Below, piece after piece: positions 50,824-62,556 of a stretch of 64,000 nt of DNA (position 1 is its first letter; each line of letters opens with the position of its first letter). Source of the stretch: Saccostrea cucullata (lineage: Eukaryota); the NCBI RefSeq assembly GCF_032062105.1, contig NW_026937303.1, forward strand, positions 186,001 to 250,000, given 5' to 3'. Made by a program: the position numbers and the translations under genes. A model generated the notes under the pieces. That model made no database searches and had not been told where the DNA came from. It saw only the letters and a program-made list of their open reading frames with translations.

Positions 50824-52053
50824 TTAGTCATACATATTGAGCGACACCTTCCCGTACTTTGTACTATCATTTGAAATGTCTGTGCTACTATCAGAGTTTG
50901 TGGACAGGCCGTCGTCCATATCTGCTATCCCAGATTCTTCCCCTAAAGAGTGGTCCCCGGGGGAGGAGGATCGAACGTACTTGGCTCGGAAAAACTTCTT
51001 GCCTGGGCTGGGGGTCATGGATGGGAAGCTGATCGTCTCGTTGAACTGCTTGTAGTCAAACTGGAAGACACCAGAGGTAGTACACACTGTAGACATTGGC
51101 TTGAATTTATGCTGCCACAGAATTTCATGCGAGAGATATGAGGTCCGCGCCTGAAATGACATTCCAGTACTTTCAATAACTCCCTGTAAAAATACCAAAA
51201 GCTCAAAATCTGCTGATTTGATTTCTCCTTCGTCCAAGGCCCAGAATGGACTAGTCGGTGTTATCTTGTGTTGTAGAACAATGGGCCACCGCAGCGAAAT
51301 CCTACTGGAGTTCAGCTCATTACAAAGATCCAGATCATGACGAAAATGAGAAATATATTCTCCGTCACTTGTAATTTTATCTTTCACACACACAGCACGT
51401 GCATGCATGTCAATCATATCAGATTTCTGTAAGTCCCCAACACGTATGTACATATACCTGTCTTCTCCATCTTGGCAAATACAGACACTCTTACTGAAAA
51501 GAATTGTGTTTCCTCTCTTCTTGGGCTTCTGTACTTTGGCTATTACAATTCCCGTCAGAAGAGCTTGTAACAGAGCTCCGAGAATAGACTGAACTGTGAC
51601 CATGAACACGGCCCCGGGACAATGGTCAGTGACGTAACGGGATCCGTATCCGATTGTCGTCTGCGTCTCCATAGAAAACAAAATCATAGAAATAAAGTCC
51701 GGTGTATTTTCTACACAGTATAGTCTGTCCTCCTCATAGCTCTTTTCCTCAAAATCACCATTAGAATACGCGATCAAAAAATACACTGTAGCAAACAACA
51801 CCCAACTGAAAACAACAGAAAGCGCGAACAGAGACAAAAACAACCTCCATTGTGTTTCCAGAAGTGTAGTGAAAATGTCGCTCATGAATCGAATGTTCTT
51901 TCCTCGAATTGTCCTTGACTCGATGTTACATGTCCCATTCTTTTCAATCAGCCTCGGTAGGGTCCGTGTTAAATTAACTTTTGTTGTTTTGGCGAATCTG
52001 ACTTTGGCTTTAGGTTTCTCCGTGTCTATGCCCGTGACTGTTGTTTCTGACAT
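50824..52053 (-). CDS. Inward-rectifier potassium channel (Kir/KCNJ family) A, 409 aa
   Basis: Single ORF with DIFTTLLETQWR, two TM helices, pore FSMETQTTIGYGSR, both conserved extracellular Cys, KPKKR, and ARTSYL..EILW.H.F. Confidence 0.95.
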   Translation of the reverse strand: MSETTVTGIDTEKPKAKVRFAKTTKVNLTRTLPRLIEKNGTCNIESRTIRGKNIRFMSDIFTTLLETQWRLFLSLFALSVVFSWVLFATVYFLIAYSNGDFEEKSYEEDRLYCVENTPDFISMILFSMETQTTIGYGSRYVTDHCPGAVFMVTVQSILGALLQALLTGIVIAKVQKPKKRGNTILFSKSVCICQDGEDRYMYIRVGDLQKSDMIDMHARAVCVKDKITSDGEYISHFRHDLDLCNELNSSRISLRWPIVLQHKITPTSPFWALDEGEIKSADFELLVFLQGVIESTGMSFQARTSYLSHEILWQHKFKPMSTVCTTSGVFQFDYKQFNETISFPSMTPSPGKKFFRAKYVRSSSPGDHSLGEESGIADMDDGLSTNSDSSTDISNDSTKYGKVSLNMYD

Positions 52054-54268
52054 TTTATTTCACCACCGTGAAAAATTGACCGTCCTTTTTCCTGGGTCCA
52101 CAGTTTGTAAGAGAACAGACAGTCAGCTGATTCCCGGGGGTAACGTGGATAAGTGCACGGTGAACACAGAGAAATCAGCGCGTGTCGTTGTAATACGGTA
52201 TATTACCTTTCACGTAAAATGTTGTTGGTCACGCATTACTGCACATGTCGTGCTAGCAATTAAGTGGGTGGTGCTTAAGTTCATTTGCATAAAGTGATGT
52301 GTCTTTTAGTAGAAAATGATGGATTTATCTCCATTTATTTCATTTTGTGACAATAAACATACCATTCAGTCTTGTTTCCGCCATCGAATACGCGAACGGT
52401 CAAGATGCCAAAAGATGCTTTAAAATTCATTTTTTGAAAATGTAAACCTGTGAAAATGAAGAGAGTAGAATTCTAATACAGTGACATGGAATGTGAACTC
52501 AATTAAAAAAAAAAGAAGTCAGAAATAATTTGCATTTTAAAAGGATTGCTTATTAAAAAATCAGTTATTTTTAGAAAAGATGAATATTTGCAAGGAGAAA
52601 TTAATGCTCATCATTTTTGCATTATTGTATAATTTGTAGGCCCTATTTCCAAATGAAACAAAGAGGAGAGATAAATATAGCAAAATTTTATGAAACTTTA
52701 TCTTTTTGTTTCTTGTTTTCAACTTTTGTCGAACAAACATCAAAAGACTTTTTTTATCATGTTTTCTATTAAGCAATTCAAAATGACTAATTTGTTTATG
52801 GTTCAGTAAACTTACTTTCTCACCACATACTATTTGATTGGCCATGAAGTATGTGAATTGTCTGTCAATAAAACTTTCTTTACAATTTATCTACATGTAT
52901 TTTAATTTCTGAACAATATAAGTGTACATACACAAAAGCTGTATTTGATATGATAAAAAAAAAATTCGGGAACATTTTGAAAATTAAATGCTGAAAAATT
53001 AATAATTACATGCGTGTTTAATTCAAAATTGACGACAATTTGCAAACTTGGAAAAAAAGTTACTTTGATATATGGAGGAAGATATGACATACATGTATGG
53101 AGAAAGATGGGTATGGATTGAAAATAAAGCAACATACAAGTATACTCAATATGATATTCATTTCATTTTCTGGTTTGTCCTGTCGACAAATCTGACTGTG
53201 GTACTTCCTTTGCCCAATCAAGTGTGAAGAATGACAAAGTCGTAAACCAGAACGAAGTTCATGGACCTTATTCCAAGGAATTCTTCTGGGACAGAATCCT
53301 CTTTATGTTTTGATTTTACCTGTCGTTTTATGAGAACAGTTTTGGTGAAATCTATAAAGACGTATTGTCCCCGCAATTCCTTATTACTCCGTATAAATTA
53401 TGCATGGATTTCCCCCGTACTTTTCCATTATTAGCTCGTGATTATCGGCCATCTTGAAGGACACAGAAATATCAAAAAGACAATTATAGTTACTCAATCT
53501 CGTCAATACATCTTTACATTGAAAATGTTTTCAGTTATCAAACAATGGCAAATAAATCAGACAGAACCCAATATTTTCAAACAAAGCTTGAAAATACTCG
53601 ATAATTATATTTCTTACTCAAAATTAATGTGTTTTTTCAATGGATGTATATATAATATAGTAAGTAGATATATTTCAAATTATTTTGGGCGAAATGTAAG
53701 TTAATATTTGCAAAATAATACACTTTAAGTAAATTTTATATAAAAAGAATTTAGCCCTAATAACACATGGGAGTTATATGAATAGTTAAATAGTGCCATT
53801 TTATTTACTCAAAGAATATCATCTGTAAAAAATTCAATGACACAAAGTTATTACAGATAATTTTAGGCTTGCATACTGTGTATGACATCTACTAGTGCAT
53901 AAAACTGTAATAACAACATATCTGGACATCATTTTCTCTCTAATACAGTGACAGTAACCTAATTATTATAAGTTGCCCTTAATCTCAAATGTGGTGTGGC
54001 AAGCATTTGACATTCATCATTCTGCTTCAAGAAGACTAAATTAAGTTCCTGGGTTAAGAATATGAATGGTGGGTCGCTAATTCATTTAAAACAACTGGAA
54101 CAGAATTTCAACATTTTTTTTGCAAGGACTCATTTATAATTCATGTTTTAACTTTTTGACTTGCATGAGGTTAATATAACCCACAGAAGACGAGAAATAT
54201 TGCTTAAAACGCGCGACAAGAGACGCACTCAGGTGACAAGGTAAAAGTGAATGATGTCATAGCCGGAG

Positions 54269-54276
54269 TATAAATA
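54269..54276 (+). promoter_or_regulatory. Candidate TATA box of Kir B
   Basis: TATAAATA about 70 bp upstream of the ATG at 54341. Motif only, in AT-rich DNA. Confidence 0.3.
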
Positions 54277-54340
54277 TATACACACGAAGAATTTCCCTCC
54301 AGACACAATCTTGTCAGTACGACCCACACACACACCGGTG

Positions 54341-55405
54341 ATGAAAACACTGAAGACCAGAATGGACAGTTGTGTCCGGTCCCGCACGGACTCGAAATCG
54401 GAAATGGGAGACGACAAATGGCGACTGGTCAGCAAAAATGGGAACTACCGAGTCCGACTGGAAAACGTGGACACGGGAATTCTCAAAAACTATATCAGGG
54501 ACGCCTTTACGACGTTACTGGACGCCAAATGGCGGTGGATTTTGTTGATTTTTGTGATGGGTTTTATTCTGACCTGGACTATATTCGCCTGTTTTTATCT
54601 TCTCTTTAGTTACATTAATGGTGACACTGTAGATTCGTACGACCACGATCCCTGTATTACTAATGTGTACGACTTTACCACGGCCTTCCTGTTTTCTGTG
54701 GAGACTCAGCATACAATCGGGTACGGTTCTCGAGCCTCAACCCCTCATTGCCCTCATGTCGTGTTCCTTGTATTTCTTCAGTTTATCATCGGGATCGGAG
54801 TACAGTGTTTGACTGCCGCCCTCGTTTTCACAAAGCTTCAGAGGTCGAAGAAGCGTGGGGATGCTATCATCTTCAGTCAGCAGGCCTGTATAGGCATTGT
54901 TGACGGTAAATGGCAGCTTATGGTCCGAGTGGGTGACTTCCGGCGCTCTCATCTCGTGGACGTGATAGGTAAAGGAAAACTGATCAAAAGGACCCCGATA
55001 CCCAACACTAATCAGGAATTTATGGACCAGGTACCTATCGACTTCAAAGCAGAGGGAGGTGGGGATGTGATGACTTTGTTATGGCCAGCAGTTATGTATC
55101 ACACTATTGACGAGAACAGTCCACTATGGCCACCCGAAAATCTCCATCAGTTTGGAGACTTCTCGGAGTTAATTGTGACGATAGAGGGCGTGATAGAATC
55201 TACCAGTAGGGCGATCCAAGTTCGAACCTCGTACCTTCCGGATGAAATCGTTATGGGGTATAAATTTCTGAGTATAAACCCTGGTATAGATGACGATGGG
55301 AAATACCACTGTAGTTATTTTGACATCAGTACACTGTGTCCGATCATGCAGAACACCCCACGAGGGAAACGAAGGTTTGAGTACATTAATGAGCAATACA
55401 TGTGA
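54341..55405 (+). CDS. Inward-rectifier potassium channel (Kir/KCNJ family) B, 354 aa from first ATG
   Basis: DAFTTLLDAKWR, pore FLFSVETQHTIGYGSR, RSKKR, RRSHLV, VRTSYLPDEI. First ATG at 54341 (the ORF track starts at TTG 54311). Confidence 0.95.
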   Translation: MKTLKTRMDSCVRSRTDSKSEMGDDKWRLVSKNGNYRVRLENVDTGILKNYIRDAFTTLLDAKWRWILLIFVMGFILTWTIFACFYLLFSYINGDTVDSYDHDPCITNVYDFTTAFLFSVETQHTIGYGSRASTPHCPHVVFLVFLQFIIGIGVQCLTAALVFTKLQRSKKRGDAIIFSQQACIGIVDGKWQLMVRVGDFRRSHLVDVIGKGKLIKRTPIPNTNQEFMDQVPIDFKAEGGGDVMTLLWPAVMYHTIDENSPLWPPENLHQFGDFSELIVTIEGVIESTSRAIQVRTSYLPDEIVMGYKFLSINPGIDDDGKYHCSYFDISTLCPIMQNTPRGKRRFEYINEQYM

Positions 55406-58400
55406 ATCTGACAGGGTAATTATATTTGTTGAACAGAAAAGAAGTCCCAGTACACAACCCGACGTGTACTAAGGTCGTTAGGATTAACGTTACTCGTTAC
55501 ATTATCTTGCGGCCATGGTTTGACATGTTCAGTGCTTATAAGGCAATTCCCGCAGAGAGTCGACAGATTACTGAAGGACGCTTCGAACGTCTCTGTCAAA
55601 AAATAGATTTTTGTGTGTCCTTCCTCTAGCGGAACGGAAATCGAGCTTTGACTGGACTTAAAGAATTACCTCAAAATAAGATCTAATGATGTATCGAGCT
55701 AGCACGAGATGTACGACCAATCATCGCGTCGTATTGCTGTCGCAACAAAACAGTGTCTGACATGTCTTCCTGTTAGCCAAGTGTTACTGTGTTTTATTTA
55801 TGCAATATGTCTAGCATATTATCACTTCATTCCTGTCTAGTTACAATTTTTGTTAAAGTTTGTGAAGAATGGATTTGATATGATAAAGATATGAAATAAA
55901 ATTTATTAAGTTAAAAAGATGTATTTGTGAGTGAATGCACTTGGCTTTGATTTGTAATTTTAAAACATGTTGGTATCTTCAATATTTCTAAGAGTTTGGT
56001 ATTATTTCTATATTTCTTGCTGAATTTCTCTCGACCCTCCGTCTTTAAATAGGATTAATTTAAGCCAAGAAGCTAACTTTAAAATATTTATGGATAATTA
56101 GATATATATAAATGAAAAGGTGAATAAATGACGATGGGTATGAGAAATTAATTGTACTTTATGCTATAAATGAAAAAAAAATTCAGTTATTATATTCAGT
56201 ACCTACATATGTATAAATGAGCAATTAATCTTGTGATATGATTCCTGTTCTCTGTTTTCAAACTTGATAAATTTCTTAGGACTCCAGTTATTTCCTGGAA
56301 ATAGATCTCAGCCCGAATTGTTTCAAATACGAACATAACTGCTATTCTTAAAGGACAGAGACACTAATATACAGTCCGGGGAAATTTCCCACACGTGAAT
56401 TCCGGACATCGATGTCTTTATCATCCAAAATTTACCAATACTATGTTTATATATCAGACTTTGGCAAAGGGGAATAACTCTGGTATTCCTCCTTGAAATT
56501 ATCAAAACAAGCCTTTGACTTTCCCCAGTGACAAAGTGGTCCACTACGAGGAAAAAAAAAACCCCGAAAGAAAGGTAGAAGCATTGTGTTGTTTAAAAGA
56601 GAATTATTCAAGTCATTTGAGCAAAATTTATTATAAAAATTAGTATACAAGAGGAACGGAAGGGTTTGAAACTTAACGAGGTCTCACCATAAATGGCTAC
56701 AATGTCGGTATCTATAGAGGAAAAAAATATACTTTAATTTAAATACAAACAAGGTTGTTTTATGCATTCATTCTTAACATGTTGAATATATAACTTACCA
56801 TAGTTCTTGTGTCAGGTTATATTAATTAATTGAATTTACCAGAATCTCTTGTAAAATTTGTACCTATTGAAAACAGGAAAAATACAAACAAGTGGTTATG
56901 ACACTGCAAGCTAGGAGTTCTATGACGCCGTGCTATTTTCATTTTATGGCTTACTTTCATAACGCTTTTGAAATTGCAATTTCTTAAATAATTGTAAAAT
57001 TATACACAATAAAGTAAACAAAATTCAATATAAATATCGATAACGTCGAGGAAAAGTACAGTGAAGAATAATCAATGGAATAATATAAAATCTTCAATAT
57101 ACAAGTTCATTAAGTTCATAAATCATCAATTATAAATAAATCATCAAAAGGGAGAATATTTTTTAAAAATCTACTTAGCTCAGGAGAAGATAACATTTTT
57201 GAACATTTGGTGATAATTTGCCAGCTTTCACAACTTGCTCCAACTTTCGATAGCTCCTTACGCTGTTCAATTAGGCTAGCTAACTAGAGGGGAAATTGGC
57301 TGATTGATAGAAGGTCTATCTCCTTGAGTCTTACGAATTTGATAAGTTAGCCTGGATGCACCACTTGGGCGGCATTAATGCGGACAACATCTCTCATCTT
57401 TGGGGGAATTGTCTCGTGGAGGACATTTTGAGTTCTTGAGTGTGCAGCTGTTACAGAGAATTAGGAAATGTTGTGGGGGAACTGTTTCCTATGTAAACCA
57501 GATATCGGATAAAAGGCCACGGAATTAAATAAGAGAGAGAATCACCAAATAAGAAAAATCAGTGGGAAAAAAATTACCGAGCGACACACGAAGTTGCATG
57601 ACAAAGGGGAGAGCTGGCTTCGCACTTTCAAAGGGAGAAGACTCCCGAGGGAAATTTACTCCGTAATAAAAAGGTGCGATGAAAGCGGATGGGGTCTGTA
57701 TATTTGTCATGTAAATACCGCTGACCTGTATAACGCAGCTCAATCAGGATTACACCTGACCAGGTAAGTAGTGTGAAATCGAGAGCGAAATTTGTAGAAT
57801 TCGTTAGTTTTTAATAACTTTTATCATACTTTTTTCTCTTTTGCGGATTTGCAGATCATTGTAATTGTTTCCTGTAGCAAAAAATAAAAGTTGATGCCGA
57901 TATTTAATGGACATGGGTGTCTCACAGCTGGAATCATCAAATTAATTGGAGACTTTAACTTTTACATGTTTTATATACACGTATTATAGTATTAATTGTT
58001 TATATTGATATGAAACAGAAGGGAAAAGCTAAACAACAACAATCATTGGCAATCCCCGGAGGGTATATAAAATTCAGAAACGTCACTGAACTAGAATGTC
58101 ATTTAAATCAGATTTAAATCAATTCTTTGTTGACAAGTTTATTGACCTTGACACAAAATATGGATGTTTATGGCCGGTGTACGGGACCAGTTTATCCCCT
58201 GTATAGCGTCCCAATCGCTCATCGCGAGGAGGAAATGGTCTCCTCTCAAACACCATCAGTTATTCTGTAAGTTTTCTGTCTCTTCATAGCGGACAATGAC
58301 TTAAGAGGGAAGTAGCTAGCTCCCCCTAGCTTCTACAGGTAACTGTCAGTAAACATCGGCACAGGTGAGATCGACATTGAACAGTAGATTAAATATCAAG

Positions 58401-59084
58401 TATCCAGGTTGTAATAAACTTTTTTGTGATATAAAATATCAATCGATGTACTGCATGATCCTTAAATAATAATCGAACCATAATATTTAGCGGTATACGA
58501 ATCCTGTTCATCACCTCGCGTAACTATCTAACAAGTTGAGAACTGTTTAAGCTGAGAAATTAATAACATGTATATTTAAACAGGAGTGATATCAAATTCC
58601 CAGCCGTAATAAATCTACAGTTCATTATTGACCTTTTGTTTTCTTCTTTCTTAAACAAATCAAAATATTGCAAGACCCAGATTTATTATATAATGGCGTT
58701 TGCCTGTTTTAAGATTACAAACCCATAATATTTTTTTAAAAGGTGTCATTTCTGCTGAGTTTCTCCAGCAAATACAGCAAAGAGGAATTCTTAGATCTGA
58801 GGCTTTAGTGTAAATACTTTTCCTGAATTTATAAACAAACGTTTATCCTTATCAATCTATAGAGATGTTGAAGCCAATTGATTTCCTGTGATGCTGAAAA
58901 TAGAACGCCACATGATCGTTCAATTTGCTTTGCCAATCTTGTGAAGTATCAGAGACAATTAGAACTCAAGAGATGGAATAAAGATAAAATTGTCCTCAAT
59001 CAAAGAAATCTTGTTTTTTTTTTTATTTCTTTGCTGTATTTAGAACGTTTAAAGGCACCTGTAATGAATATAGTTTCACTGTAT

Positions 59085-60690
59085 GCAGTGTGCATGCAGT
59101 ATATTGAACAGTTGATGGATGTATACATTATGGCGTCCCGATAGGGCCATTGCAAAAGTGTATTAGCTCATTAGAAACAACACTCAAGGGCGTTAATGAC
59201 AACGCGCAAGCGCGATAATGATAATGCGCTAGCGCGTTAATGACAACGCGCTAGCGCGTTCATGACAACGAGTTGTGTGTTAGCGTGAAGTCGTGTTGTG
59301 AACAACGTGCTAGCGCGTTGTCATTAAGTCGCTTGCATGTTGTTTCTAAGAACGCGCTAGCATTAGTGCGCTCGCGTATTGTTTCTAACAACACGCAAGC
59401 GCATTGTCACAGAAGACAATGTGCTAGCGCGTTAACGACAACGCGCTAGCGCGTTGTTCACAACACGACTTCGCGCTTACACACACCTCGTTGTCATTAA
59501 CGCACTAGCGCGTTGTCGTTAACGCGCTAGCACATTGTCATCAGTGACAATGCGCTTGCATTAGATGGCCCTATCGGGACACCATAATATATGCACTACA
59601 TTGAATAATTTATTGTTGTTTATATGAACTACATTGAACACTTAAGGGTTGTGTACATGCACTATACAATGAATAGTTAATGATTGTGTACAAATGTACA
59701 TGCACTGCATTGAACAGCTAATAGTTCATGGCTGTGTACATGCACTATACATTGAACGTTAATGGTTGTGAACAAGCACTGCATTGAATAGTTAATGGTT
59801 GTGTACATGCACTGCATTAAACAATTAATGGTTGTGTACATGCACTACATTGAACAGTTGATGGTTGTGTACATGCACTGCATTGAACAGTTAATGACTG
59901 TGTACATGCACTATACATTGAACGTTAATGGTCGTGTACATGCACTGTTGGACAAATAATGGTTGTGTACATGTACTGCATTAACAGTAAACGGTTGTGT
60001 GCATGTACTGCATTGAGCAATTAATGGTTGTGTACATGCACTGCATTGAATAATTAATGGTTTTGTACATATACTACATTGAACAGTTAATGGTTTTGTA
60101 CATGCCCTATACATTGAACGTCAATGGTTGTGTACATATGCACTGCATTGAACAGTTAATGGTTCTGTACTTGCACAACATTGAACAGTTAAGGGTTGTG
60201 TACATGGAATACATGGAACAGTTAATGATTGTCTACATACACTGCATTGAACAGTTAATGGTTGTGTGCATGCACTACGTTGAACAGTTAATGGTTGCGT
60301 GCATGCACTACGTTGAACAGTTAATGGTTGTGTACATTTTCATGTACTACATTGAACAGTTAAGGGTTGCATATACTACATTGTATACGTAATGGTTGTG
60401 TACATGCAACATATTGAACACTGAATGGCGGTGTACATTCAATACATTGAACAATTAATGGTTCTTTTTATGCACTGCATTGAACATTTAATGTAATGGG
60501 AGTGTACATGCAATACATTGAACAACTAATAGTTGTATACATGCAATACATTGAACAGTGAATGGTTGTGAACATGCAATACATTAAACAATTAATGGTT
60601 CTTTACTTGCACTGCATTGAACAACTAATGGTTGTGTACATACGCTACATTGAACAGTTGATGATTTTGTACATGCACTACATTGATCCT
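59085..60690. repeat. 33-bp tandem satellite (TGTGTACATGCACTGCATTGAACAGTTAATGGT), roughly 30+ units, interrupted near its left end by a foldback element
   Basis: Unit directly visible across 59590-60690, with one unit at 59085-59128. The 11-codon periodicity explains ORFs 59911..60114, 60057..60392 and 60562..60810. Confidence 0.9.
59129..59586. mobile_element. Foldback non-autonomous element with 22-bp units containing the palindrome AACGCGCTAGCGCGTT
   Basis: 22-bp TIR TATGGCGTCCCGATAGGGCCAT / ATGGCCCTATCGGGACACCATA (1 mismatch). Internal block ~59240-59330 is the reverse complement of ~59430-59525. Confidence 0.85.
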
Positions 60691-62556
60691 GTACATGCTT
60701 TTGGTGTACGCAATACGCAACTGATAGTTTTACGTGCTATAGGAAACATTATACACTATGAATGGTTGTTTACACCTGATGGTACATGTGGTTTGCAGAT
60801 ATTTGTGTAATGCTGCTAATGTGTAGTAAATTCATGAAGAAATACGTGAATATGCTACTACATATATAGATTCTTGCTTTTTGATGCTTTTTCACGTGGT
60901 TTTTGTAGTTGATAAGTAATGTTGCTGATGTACGCAAGCCAGTAGCTGCTAACTGTGCATTTCTGTGTTATACCTGGTGTGCACATGCACTTGACATTTT
61001 GATTTAGTTATCTAGCAGTATACATTCATCACTTTAAATTGCAAATGGAGTTGATCTTTCCCAGTTGAATGGATACGCAGGAGCATGCTCTACGTACCAA
61101 CAAGTTCTAAAAAGACGCAAGCTTTTGACAAGTTTGACAAAGTTTCAATGCGAGGAAAAAAGATGGAATATGAGTTAAATTGCTGCGTCTTTGAGTCGTA
61201 TTTAAGGGTAGAAGGCAAATACAAGTTCAATTTGTTTTGATTCAAATAGGTCAAAGTAAGTTCTAAAATATACAGTTTGTGAGGTAAGAAAGTAAATAAA
61301 GTACTAAATATCACGAACAAAATTGAATGAAACTTGTTTAACAGGATCCAAATCAGTTTGGTTTCCATTTTTTAAGGAAATGAAATATAAAGATACGGGG
61401 CAGTAATATGACTTTTAAAGTTAACTTAATTCAAACTGTGAGCAAAGCAAACATGGACATTTGAAAAAAAAATCAATGGTGGGATCAGGTGCCACGAAGG
61501 GGTAAGAATCCCCTGTCGACCAGTCACCCCGCCCTATACCCATTGTCATGACCGGAAAAACGGTCATATAATTTTGTAGTCGCAATGAAAATAATGACCT
61601 AAACATTTTCATGAAGAATGTCACTCAGATCTTATTTGCAAACGAAGTCAAATTGTGTTAATCAAAGAATTTGCAAATATTTACTTTTATAACATCTGTT
61701 GTACCTACATATAGTTGTATCATTATTGAAATTTAACTTGAGATCAATCTTGATTCGTTTTTTTTTTAAAAATGTTTCTTCTTGAATTACGGCCTTAGGA
61801 TTAGCACCTTAGCACCAGGACATGCAGTTATTGAAACTTTTGGAAACAAAATTATCTTTAAACCCGATCTGGAAATCAGGACGGTTTTGTAAATATTGTG
61901 TTTCTACGTTCCCATGTTCATAGTTATCTAGAATAGCTTACACTATCGATAATCACGTTATCACGAGATATATTTATACCGGGCTGTTAATCTGTTTACT
62001 CCGTACAGTTGTAAAATGGGCCTTATTAGAAATTTTGAATAAAAAAAGATTCATTTGAAAGTAAAGAATAATGAACAAATGTGGGTGTATTATCATGTTA
62101 GAAAGCAAGGATACGTGTACTCTTGCCGAGAGACTATTTGGATAAATGCGGTTTTTAAACCAACAAATGTCAAACAAATGCTCATTCTTCACTAGATTGC
62201 ATATTTACGACAATTAACTCCAAAAATTTCAGATATCGATTCTAAAGAGATGTAGAAGACCGTCATAACAAGTTAAACATGCTACATAAAAAGTGTTGCC
62301 ACACAAAAGTTTGGTGTTTCTGAATGGCTTCATATTTGTTGTTTTAAAAAATCCCACAGTTTGGATGGTACTTGTTTTCCATTTAAAGGTTAATTACTGT
62401 TTACTGTCTATAATTTAGCTAATTTTAACTGAAGACTACAACTTAAAATATAAAATTGTTGCCTAAGGCAACAAATTTTCAAAACATTCCCGCATTAACA
62501 TGTTTAAATTTTATTTGGTACTATCTTTACTTTTCAGTTCAGGGAACTAGTTCAAA

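Noticed and set aside
53165-53312. Short open frame LVCPVDKSDCG...FFWDRILFMF between Kir A and Kir B
   Set aside because: No start codon, no clear splice signals and no recognisable domain.
58160-58266. Coding N-terminal extension exon for Kir C
   Set aside because: Splicing to 62538 is in frame but meets TAG before the ATG, and the other nearby AGs are out of frame. At most an upstream ORF.
59911-60810. Repeat-protein ORFs (MVVYMHCIEQL)n and the antisense Cys-rich ORF
   Set aside because: These are by-products of a 33-bp satellite. Frames are broken by indels and there is no splice or domain support.
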